Shown here piece after piece: positions 21,001-31,900 of a stretch of DNA of 64,000 bases. The notes under the pieces are model-generated. The model searched no databases and had not been told where the DNA came from. It was given only the letters and a program-made list of their open reading frames with translations. Source of the DNA: Azolla caroliniana (taxonomy: Eukaryota; Plantae; Polypodiophyta); assembly GCA_043228905.1 (NCBI GenBank), contig JBHGNT010000014.1, positions 15,872,001 through 15,936,000 of the forward strand. Direction: 5' to 3'. The position numbers and the translations under genes are program-made. Positions within the stretch are counted from its first letter, which is position 1; every line of letters starts with the position of its first letter.

Positions 21001-23944
21001 CATGATATATTGGCTTTGCAAAAAGGCCTCATTTATAGAGGAATCTAGTGATGCATCATGAAGCAAATGTGCTGCATCCCATATACCAAACCACTTTTTC
21101 ATATCTTGCATCCAACTGGAACACAAAATTTTGCTTTTATGTGTCTTTTGAATATTTTTGCTTGCTTCCCATGTGATTCTAGGAAGTCGATGTGAGGGAC
21201 ATTTTTGAATCTTAAGCATTTATTCAACAACCCTTTCCATGGCCATGATCTCAGCTTCCCTTGCAATTTTAGGAAGTTGATGTGAACATATAACCTTCTT
21301 ATATATTCGGAAGATTGCAAGCATATATTCACTTGGCACCTTGAGTTTTTCCATTTGTCTCCAAAGATGCTCATGAGGTACCATATCAAAAGCTTTCTTA
21401 AAGTCTATAAAGCAACAATATCAACCTTTACCTCTAATGCGACTTTCATCCATTAATACTCGAAGGGTTACAAGGTGATCAATGGTGCTCTAGTGTTTTC
21501 GAAAGCCAGTCTGTTCATAAGATCTTTTACCAGTTCTTTTAGCCCATGCACGTATCTTTGATTCCATTATACATCCAAATAGTTTTGCCATTAGTGAGCA
21601 AACCATGATGGTTTGATAATTGTTTATGTTATTACATCTCTACCTTGATGGAAAGGTTTGATCCAATTTGTAATCCAATCGTATGTCATATCATCTTGCA
21701 ATCTATGATTAAACATATCATCTATCCATGCATGTGCTTCCTTTCCTGTTTATTTGAGCATTCCAACCTTTATACATTGAAGATCGCTTGCCTTTTGAGA
21801 GGCCAATTTCATAAGTCCTATGCATATATCTCTGATTGTAAAGAAGGGAGACATATGTGAAATAGAACCATAACACATTATTTTTCCGGCAATAGATAGC
21901 TCATATAGATTCTTACAATACATGGACAAGTGAAGAAGAGTTAAGTTACCATAACTCTCAACACGTTTCCCCGTTAGATTTCCCCAAAAGCACATGCATG
22001 TTCTTTCTCTTGCGTTTGGAGAAATTGTTGAGTAACTTCCTATATTCTTCTTTCTTTGAATAAGCCTTTTGTACTCATGCAAATGCTTTTGGTAATTTTC
22101 TTTATCTTTAACTGCATCTAAAATCATAAGGCGCTTTCGAGCTTCATGTCATTCTTTATGAAACCATATTTTCTTTGAACTACGTTTCTTTATGCATTTC
22201 CAAGATGTGTGCGTGGTCGAAAAACATTCGTTTGTGCATGAGAGAATGACTTTCTTAAAAGCTTCCCATTTGCATTCTAGTGTGGCACCATGTTGTATCT
22301 TTTTCATTTGCATCCTAAACTGTCTTGGAATATATGGGCACTCGCTCAAGGTTCATCCTCAAGTGGGGTTGTTTATTATCTTTAATGGCCTTCTCACAAT
22401 CAAACCTATGCATACACTTGAGGTCAATACATAAAGCCCTATGATCAGATTCCAGTGTCCATTCACCAATTGAGAACTTGTGTATACAATCCAAAATATC
22501 TTTGGAAAGTAGCACATAATCAATTACACTATTTCCATTGTATTTTCTACATGTAAAACCATTAGTGTTGGGCCATAAGGAGACACGCAATTCGGTACTA
22601 TTGCTCATTTGTAGGAGTAACTTCCCAAATTGGTCCGGATCTTTTTCATCACTAAAAGAGAGGCTATACATTTGTATATCCTCTTGCATCCTTGGAAACT
22701 TCTTGTATAGGCATTCATGTCACCAAAGACAATAACTTCCCCTTTGGATTTGAAATAAGCAATATCATCTTCTACATTGGCAACATGTTGATCTTTATAC
22801 AAAGAATCTCGAGGAGGAATGTAATATCCAACTACAAAAGTGGGCAAATCATTAGGTGGATATTATAGCCATATGCATTTATATTCATCATTTTTTATGA
22901 TTGACATATATTTCTCTATTTCGTTCTTAATCAAACATGTTACCCCTCCTAGTCCTCTTCTTTGCCATCCCTCCTTCTCCAATATCAAAGAGTGTACACT
23001 ATAGTTTCTTAAACCTTGAATCCTTTGAGTATCATGCTCCCATGTTTTAACAAGAAGTGTGATATCCGAGTCATCGGTGAACTCCTCTATGCCAAATCAC
23101 GCATTCCATGGGTATTCATTGCAATTCCAAAAGCAGAGAGAGAGAGAGAGAGAAAAAGAAATAAAGATATATTAATGTCTTCTAAGGCCAAAATTGGCCC
23201 ATGAGACAAATGGTTTACAACAAAAAATGGGATATTTACCCATTCATCGAAAGTAAAAAACAAAAATAGAGCTTTAAGCTAAATAGTTCTAGTAAAATAA
23301 CAAACATGTTCTACAACGAAAATGATGTTATACTTTCGAAGAGAAGCGAGAGGTCAAAGGGTTTCGATGTGGATGTGGCCTGTGGCCCCAATGTAAAAGG
23401 TACCCCAACCATAGCTTCTAGTCGACATAGCTCACGTTCCCTTATCTTCTTAATCCTTTCTACTCCGTGTCGACTTGTTTTGAAGCCCAACATCCAAGGG
23501 TGTTTGGTTGTTCTTTGCGTTTCGGCTTCCTCAAGAGAGAGGCCGAGCGGCGTAAGTGTATTCACATTCATCGTCTCCCCTTGTTCCTGAAATATTACAC
23601 TAGTTACAAGTTGATGAATAGTAAAAGGGTTATGGGTAACACTTTGTAATTTATTCTCCCTATGTTGTTTTAGCTCTGAGAGAGAGAGAGAGAGAGAGAG
23701 GACTAGGAAGTTGTAAAAGTGGGTTTTATATGCAATTAATATAAATGCGTATTTTTACTGGAGAGAGAAAACTTGGAAGTTGTAATAGTGGGTTGTACAT
23801 GCAATTAATATTAATGTGTTTTTTCAGTCTAAAAGGAAGACACCTGATCAGCTTGTGCATGAAAGACATTGGAACAAAACTAAAACAGATTTAGACAACT
23901 ATCTTCGGAGTTTTCGGGACTATCCTATTTCAAATTGGTTCTAG
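9068..23944 (+). CDS. PTAC6: PLASTID TRANSCRIPTIONALLY ACTIVE 6 / PAP8, a PEP-associated protein
   Basis: Exons 9068-9748, 10233-10301, 10463-10567, 11525-11644, 13664-13753 and 23828-23944 are all GT-AG and phase 0. Motifs YKINEDEFHKLSL..CDFFIRK, DFREMYVT.PDTDIY, FVLDFEQIYVIDSK and the terminal SNWF* match pTAC6. Confidence 0.93.
12005..12594 (+). mobile_element. Solo LTR of the copia family at 58747-61631, carrying a nested LINE 3' fragment
   Basis: Colinear with the reverse complement of 58747-59177. Ends are TA(TG)...CA. Flanked by a 5-bp TSD, ATACC (12000-12004) / ATATC (12595-12599). Confidence 0.88.
12072..12235 (+). mobile_element. 5'-truncated non-LTR retroposon 3' end with (TTTC)n tail, inside the solo LTR
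   Basis: Absent from the 58747-59177 LTR copy. Its 3' part is nearly identical to the reverse complement of 20330-20397 and contains the AGGCCA-TTT-TGGCCT hairpin. Confidence 0.8.
14008..14049 (-). mobile_element. 42-bp retroposon insertion (3' stem-loop plus ATCT tail only) with an 11-bp TSD
   Basis: TGAGGTGCAGA is duplicated at 13997-14007 and 14050-14060. The insert matches the 3' end of the LINE at 20498. Confidence 0.85.
14420..16030 (-). mobile_element. Degenerate Ty1/copia pol remnant
   Basis: Remnants such as ELVMQAEIKALHAND..DLV..KGGKSGIPNRWV (RT start), AGDMDTRKST and LQRIVALS (RNase H). Heavily disrupted. Confidence 0.6.
16040..16560 (-). mobile_element. Older degenerate LINE RT fragment related to the adjacent LINE
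   Basis: PTLFDLCIDKLEEIVNK and NQSDT.EWEVRLMLFHAMV parallel the peptides in 16670-18148. Confidence 0.65.
16574..20300 (-). mobile_element. Near full-length RTEX-like LINE (ORF1 + APE endonuclease + RT + C-terminal Zn finger), internally deleted and inactive
   Basis: ORF1 spans 20061-19246 (coiled coil, broken). The APE domain reads WNCRG..DIIFLAETW..GDLNARIG..VDY..SEHKP. The RT reads GVKQGCPLSPTLF, YVDD, FKYLG, followed by RSHKFGIE..CKVC..EDECHLLFTC. The N-terminal RT part is missing at ~18140. Tail is (TTCTAA)n. Clade call is by motif recall. Confidence 0.88.
20310..20397 (-). mobile_element. Short retroposon 3'-end insertion, same family as 12072-12235
   Basis: About 68 bp nearly identical to 12149-12216, followed by a TC-rich tail. 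Confidence 0.75.
20498..23130 (-). mobile_element. Second degenerate RTEX-like LINE (ORF2 only)
   Basis: WNCNEYPW..VKTWEHD, FGDMNA, SVIDYVL..SDHRAL, WFHKE, GFRKH.STIDHLVTLR and a CTKQVRESEYHTLIQC Zn finger. Ends in the 3' stem-loop and an (ATCT)n tail. Confidence 0.85.
23150..23677 (-). mobile_element. ~530-bp short retroposon (SINE-like or LINE 3' UTR) inside a (GA)n tract
   Basis: Same 3' stem-loop type with a (TTTC)n tail. Its 3' ~130 bp match 48560-48835. Flanked by GA repeats on both sides. Confidence 0.7.
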
Positions 23945-25047
23945 AGATATCACCTTCTCAAGTATTCATAATGTATTGTACATGGTTAGAGTATTGGAAA
24001 TGCAGTGTTGAATTTTATTAATGTCATTGTTTTTATGTGCAGTCTGTTGAAAATACTTCTTTGTGTGCAGTCTGATTTCACCTTCGTTGCATCTAATCAA
24101 AACATATCTCCTTCAATGTGATCATAATTGAAATATATGTGCTATTAGAGATAGATGTGCTAATAGAGCAGCTACAAGTTTTGATTTGGAACTTCTGAGA
24201 ATAAATTGTATGATTGAATTTGGGGAGATTTTACATGATTTAAGGGGAAAGGCCAATTCTTATTTATGGTGGTGCCAATCATGTGACATTTGTAGCTACT
24301 GTCAATTCAGAAATGCCTCGTAAATTTGCTAAATTAAAATACCCATATAGGATTAGTGCATTTTGAGCAAAAACAATGTGTTAAGGGTTACATGTTTTTA
24401 GATGGGTTTCTTCAATTATTGATATAATGAGAGTCTGGATGTGTCTTCAAGACATTGAGGCTGAAGGATCATGGCCTAGATTCTACTAGGGAAAGGATCC
24501 AGTTTGAGCATTAGGTGATATCCAATACCTTTTCCACACTTTAGTGACCCCATTGGCTTCTCTATGGGGTGCCAGGTGGTAGCAACCCTATCTTCAATTG
24601 ATAAGAGTTTGAAAATGTCAGCATTTTCTTACAAAGTTCCTTTTAGTCCAAACAAATGTCAATAGCTGCTTTTCTATAACTGGCCTTCTCTATTAACTTT
24701 TTAACCTACATAGGTTGATGGATATTCTATAAAGCCATCAGAAAACATAAATACGTAATCTCAGAAAGTCTGTACACAAGAATGCTTTAGAACTTCAACA
24801 TAGCCTTTCAATCCATGTCTACTAAAAATATAAAAGTGTTAAGCACACTCTAATTGTACTGCAACCCTCAATATCACAAAATTTAGAACAAGATTTGTAA
24901 CTCATCATTTGGACCATTTTGAGCATATTAAAAAAAAACATTGTTGAGGCATCAAGTAATCAATGTTTTTATATATTACAAACTTTCAAATTTTAAGGTC
25001 TTCTATTGGTAAAGTTCTTGAACATCAACAGTAATAAAGGTGACCAA

Positions 25048-25638
25048 AAAGGTGGTTTCCATAGCTAGCTAGCTATAACCTACTAGCATTATACTCTTTA
25101 TACTAATAAGTTTACACAGAAAGACAGCTTGTGGGAGGACCATAGTTTCTACACATATATTGTATACAAGGCTAAGCTACATCAAGGTTAATAATTATTA
25201 GTTTTTACCCTTGAGACATTATTGAAGAAGTAAAAAACAAATATTGAAGAAGAAAAGGATCAGATGCGACACAAATATCGCAGACCAAACATTGAAGTGG
25301 GGGTGTATCTTTCAGGGTTCTCTTTGTAAGGTCAAGTTTGCAAAGGTGGTTTCCATAGCTAGCTAGCTATAACCTACTAGCATTATACTCTTTATACTAA
25401 TAAGTTTACACAGAAGACAGCTTGTGGGAGGACCATAGTTTCTACACATATATTGTATACAAGGCTAAGCTACATCAAGGTTAATAATTATTAGTTTTTA
25501 CCCTTGAGACATTATTGAAGAAGTAAAAAACAAATATTGAAGAAGAAAAGGATCAGATGCGACACAAATATCGCAGACCAAACATTGAAGTGGGGGTGTA
25601 TCCTTCAGGGTTCTCTTTGTAAGGTCAAGTTTGCAAAG
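25048..25638. repeat. Recent 294-bp direct tandem duplication
   Basis: 25048-25341 and 25342-25634 differ by about one indel and one substitution. AAAG microhomology at the junctions. Confidence 0.95.
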
Positions 25639-25931
25639 AGATATCTACTAGCAATTAAGTTGGTTTGATGCAAACATGGTTTGTATCAAGTTCCATAAGG
25701 CTTCCATTCTCCAATGATTATTTGGAATATGTATTAGATCAAGAATCTAAAATGACTAAAAAACAAGAATGTAAATTAGAATGCTACAACTGTGCATTTC
25801 ATTCCAAAAAATATGCCAGTGTAAAAGAATTTTCATAATAAAATAATAGCATTACACAGGCTCGCTACAAGAAATGACCCCCATATACTCTGAATTACCC
25901 ATACAAAGACAATGAACCGCAGGACCTGACA

Positions 25932-28900
25932 TTAATATCTATACACAGGGCCACCTGAAGAAGATGGTGGGACAGGAGGCAAACGAGAAGGTATTCTTCT
26001 ATTGGAATATATATCACCATTTTGTTCCGAGTCACTAAACCTTTGACTATGTCCTCCATTTGCAAATCCATTATTTACTGAGTTTTGATCTAAAGATCCC
26101 CGATAGTTAGCATTTCCAGCATCTTCAAATGCAACCCGCCAATCCTCACCCCTAGTGGAAACATCACTCTGTGATGGTGCTGGAAGCCCAATTGTTTTAG
26201 AAATTTTTAAGCCAAAAAAATAGCAAAATCAATGGTTCTGCAACTTTAGCTTACCTCCACTAGACCACCCAGTTGTTGAAGCGTGAGACTCACGCACACT
26301 TAATTGCCTTGTTAGACGAGAAAGCAAGGAAGATTGACGTCTAACTCGCTCACGGCGTCTCTTAACATCTTGATCCTCTTGCAAAAGCTCCTGAATAACT
26401 TCATTTGTTTTCGCACTGCATTACACAAAAAAGGGAGTCAATAACATATCATAATAAATTAAGCTACATATGTTGCCCACATTGCAACCCCACCAAGATT
26501 TACCTGATAGAGCTATAGAGTTGGTTGAGCATTGCATCTTTAGCTCTCTCAACTTGACACAGAACAACCGCCTGTGACAAAATTCAACATTAACCATGAT
26601 GTAAACAAAATAATATCCTGAACAAATGAAAGAACAAAAAACTCACTTTAGGGATATTTGCTGCTAAACTGTTTAAAACAGCTTCGACATAATCCCGTAC
26701 TTCTTGAGCCATCAGCTTCAAGTCTTCATCTGGATCAAGCGGCCTTCTCACAGCAGTATCCTGTAGAATTGTCAGTGAAATCTTATGGCCAAACTGAAGA
26801 CACCCTCAAATTTCAGATTAAAACATTTGGGACACCAGAGTTATAGGTTTTATGTCTTCAGTTCATATATAGACAAAATTCACATACATAATTCATTGAC
26901 ATGTTTGGAATAACTTTAGTAACCCATTAGAAACAGAGATGAGCACACATACAAGTGAACCATCTGATAAACTTGTTCTCATTGTAGGGGTTGTGCCATT
27001 TGAGGAGCCTTTCACAGGGGAATTCCCTTTACCTCCCTGAGCTTTAATCAACAGTTTAGCCATCCATTCCTTTCTGTCTATGGCAGTCTCAGCCTTAAGT
27101 ATTACTGCATGGTGTGCTGCAGATATCACTGTTGCCTTAGAATCATAAACTAACAGTAAAGCTTCGACACCCTAAAGCAAGTTAAACAAGCATACCTTTT
27201 ACAACAGTCTTATATGACACTTTATTGCTAATTTTGAAGAAGAATCCTTCACTGGTGTCTTGTGCATTTCCTTTGTCCTTCTTAGAGCTCTTAGATTTTG
27301 ATGGTGGCTGCGCCTCATCAGCACCTGTATCCTTATCGGACCACTCTTCAACAATACATTCCTGTACGTTATGTCATCATATCAACATAAATGAGTGTAA
27401 ATCCTAGATAAACAAGAAGATAACGCATGGTTTAACCGAACTACCTCCAAGTTTATGACTCCTCTGAAAAGCTTCTCATCGGAACTTTTCGTATACCCAA
27501 GCTGTTGATAATAGAATCAAGATATCAGAGAGTTTATTTTGCTTTCCAAAACTAAAAAGCACGATTTTTTAGTGTAAATTACCTTTCCATTTTTCTCATT
27601 GAGAACAAACCAGCGTTTCTTCCAAGCAGTTGACTTCGTACTTTTTTTAAACAGATATCCTATATAAGATGTCAGCATGCAGAATATTAATATAAATCTG
27701 GATGATATTAAAACTAAAAGTTTCTACCTGGGCACAGTAAGTATTGGTCCATCTTCCATACAATTAAGTAAATAGACTTAAATTGTTAACAAAAGTAAAT
27801 CACCGATGTCTGAGATTGATTACCTGCTGTCAGCTCCCCAGCAGCTCCAGCGGTTTGCAGTGATGATGTTTCTTTTGTATCCTTTTCTGTTGCTCCTTTG
27901 TCTTTCAACGATTTTAAACTCCCACCTGTTTGTGGGGGCGGTGTGGATGACTAGAAAGATATAAAACGTGCATCAAATCACCCATTTGTCAATTCAAACA
28001 TACATGAAAGCATAGAAAACAATTCCAAAGCATGAAACAACCTTGATATAAGTGTTGTTAATATAGGGAAGGCATACCCTGTTCACGAGAGATTGCTCCA
28101 TTTCTTGACCTTTTTTTGATGATCTTTGTTTTAGTTCATCTTCACGTCGTTGTCTGTCAATTCTGTGCAAAAAAATGAGCATGGACCTCAGAGTAATTAT
28201 AGAAAAACTGCTTCTATTGTGGGCCCAAAGTACAGGGTGATTTCATTCCAGTGCCAATAAGGAGGTTTATTGCAAAGATATTCACCCAAACTATATAAAT
28301 AATTTTTTATGAATCCGAAATTTCTATCTTTTGACCCAACATATCCAATCTTATACATCATGCAGAGTCAAATACAGGACTCAAGCTGATCAAATACAGG
28401 TTTCTCAACTGAGTGAGATCAAATCCAAGATCAAACTCAGTTTCCTAGTGGTGCAGCCAAAACTGCAGGTGGAACAATAGTTGCTAGATAACAATGGCAG
28501 CAAGTAATATGAAAGGAATGCCAGGAACTTAATACATGCGGTCCATATATAGATATATACAAGCATATGTAATGTACATATACATAAATAGGCAATCATT
28601 TCATATACATTCTAAATTTTATTTAAAATCAAGTCAAAAGAATTAGATAACTATACAAATATACATACATGCATATATTGTACTGAGTATGCAAATATAC
28701 ACATGATATATAAATATTATTATGAATATGAAAATAGAAAGAGATTAAAGAAAATTGATTTGTAAACCACAAACAGGTCCGACAATATTTGCAAATCTTC
28801 TATTTGATTCCTAATTCATGAGGAAAAACCTCAAATTAGTGCATTAATACCTCCGTTGAACTAATCGAATGAAGTGTTGCGGTGGTATAAAAGCTCTTTC

Positions 28901-31900
28901 CATATCGACTAGAGCGACAACCATCTTTTTTGACTCAGAACGGAAGTCATCAAGTGCTGCACTTGCTATTGCCACAACCTATATCAAACATTAATAGCTA
29001 AACGAATCTATGTGTTTAATTATACTCATACTAGAGATGATAGACATTGTTTTAATTTTACCTCTCTCTTGAAAGGAGGATATCTCCCCAAACCTGAAGT
29101 TGATGATGCAGCCGACGCAACAATATCAACTAGGATATGATGAACCTACACACAGGTATACCTAAAAGCATTTAGCAGATTTATAGTTTCTCAAAACTTT
29201 ATACGTTATGCAATTTGCATACAGTCCACCTGGCTTCTTTGTGGGAGGGGATTTACCACCCTTAACATAGGACCAGAAGAGAGTCCATCGAGTACGCAGT
29301 TTGGGGGGTATAGAACATCAAGTAACATAGATGAGTGTCGAGACATTGCATGCAATCCAAAAGACAGGAACAGAGAACATTGATGATAACGGGAAGAACA
29401 GAAACGGGAAGTTCAAATGGAAGGAACCAGTCCAGAAGGATGAATTAAGAAAACTAAGGCATTTTAAATCATCTCAGGTCAGCAATAAAGTGGATTATGA
29501 AGAAAAATGAGAAAATACTAACAAATTAACATGTTTATGATATCCCCCTAAGTCGTCTGCATTATGGTCATCATTGGGAACAAAAGAAAAATATTCTTTA
29601 TGACAAAGAAAAGATTAATACCAAAAACAGCATCCATGAGTAATGAATCCATTGAATACACACTCTGGATTCCTTGCAGGAGCAAGAATGTACATTTGGC
29701 AATATGTAAAAAGCTGTTTGACAATCCCATCCAAACTCCTCCAAGATATATTATGTTGGAACATAATCTAGTACAGTGGAAATGTGGAGACAGAGACAAT
29801 CAAGAAGAGTTCATGGGTTTCCTCCAATCTCAGAAACAGAAAATGTAGAGAATCATTTGTACAGGTTAAAAACATGTGAAATTACATATTAAATAACAAA
29901 TATGCACATTAAAATGAGATACCAGATATAATCTTCCACATGATGAGTTGGACACAATGGAAAACAACTGGAAATGGATATGCTGTGACATGGAACAAAA
30001 TGATTTGATTCTGCTAATGTACCAGTATTAAATTTCCATATCGACTGGAGACCATACGATAAAGCATATGAAGATAAGGGAGATGCAGCACAGAGCACAG
30101 ATTGCTTTAATATTTGCATCAAATATAGGATAAATAATGGCACTCACCTCATCAACACATTGGCGTCCAGGATCTTTGGCCAATTCCAAAACCTTGCGAA
30201 CAAGTGCCCTAAGACCTTTCTCCGGAGATATGAGGTAAGGCTGATATCCATCTGCTTCCAAAACCACCTGATTTAAGGATGAAAAACAGGAGTTAAGTTA
30301 TACCGAAGGCATGTCAACCTACAAGCCATAGAGTTGAAGTACATCCGGAAATGACAATTCTATAAATTATATTTTTGTGCAAGTTTGATGTTACCTTCTT
30401 GACATTGTTCAGGTCAAATAGGTCATTCAGAGGAAGCTGTTTTATCCTGCTGGGAAGGGCTCCTTCAAAACTTGTGACAACTTTCCAACTTCCACCCTGT
30501 AACAAAGCACCAAGTTTCACCTACCAATCCAAATGCAAACATAGATAATGATATAGCATACACGCAAGGCCCAAGCTATGTCCCTAATCAGAACTAATGG
30601 ATTATAACAGAATATTGACAAAGCCAGGCACAATTCACAAATCAGAAATATCATGTACGTGTCATTTAAAAAACATCATTTGCTTAATTATCAATAATTG
30701 GTTGTTAGGCATTTCAGAAACATGGAAGTTTACTCTGCTTAGATGAAATGGAAATATACGAGTTATCTTAAGAAGACAAGAAGAATTCAGAATGTTGATT
30801 AGTCATGCTCTTCCTTGTACAATGTAAGACAGTTTCACATCAAAGCTAAGGTATGATAGATGGCCAGCAAATGTACTACCTCCACCAGCAGGATTCAATG
30901 GCTCTAGCCAACAATCTACTAATTCTACAAGCAGGATTCATTGACACATTGCGTATAAAATAGGTTATAGTATCTATCACACATAAAAAGAACCAGTTAT
31001 GTTATACTGCCTTCCTGACAAAAGACAGCTAAACTCTAAATGAAAAGTTGGTAGTTTTCATCATTTCTCATAAAAGGAAGAGAACAGAATACAAAAGAAT
31101 ATATCATCAACGTATAATATTAGAATACCTCTCCTGTATTTATATGCTGAAGGAATTTGTCCTCAAACTCTCTGCACAACTCTAATGCTATAGCACGAGT
31201 ACCTTCCGAAGTTTCCACCAATGATTCTCCTAATCGAACCAACTCCTCTTCCACTTCTTGGGTTCGTCCTTCAAGCCTGAAGATAAAGAGAAAATCATAT
31301 AAACCCAAAAGCAAACATATAAAAGGCTCTATTGCCTTCTATTTTTCTTTCATGCTTCTTACACCATGGGGCTCATTACATGTAATAGATTGAATCTGCA
31401 AGAAAACTTTTCTACTCAGGCATGGTATATACTAATTTATCTCCTTGGTTTTAGACCAAATCTGTCACGGATTTCATCACAACTAAAGATGTGATAAATA
31501 GAAAAATACAGACATGAGAAATAATATATCCCTCTCAACTCCTGGCCAAACCACATTACAACATATTCCCGTACATACTCCTAAACTGGAGTCCATGGCC
31601 TGTTCCATATTTCACCATGTTATCTCTAAATTGAGACCACCAAATTAATTCACTATTGCACACCAACAAACAACTTCTGCATTATCACAAAATACAAGAA
31701 CTTCAAGAACACACCCTGAAAGAATGCTTGGCAGGCGCAACTTCAGCCGTTTCTGTATCTGCTTTGCAAGTGTATCCATTAATGCATTTCTTCCTAGCTT
31801 AGATTGAGGGGCATTGGTAAGTATGGACTTCAAGTTTTCCATCTCTGCTCTCCATGCAGTCTCTAATGAGTTATCAGCACCAAGCGAACCGGAATGAGCA

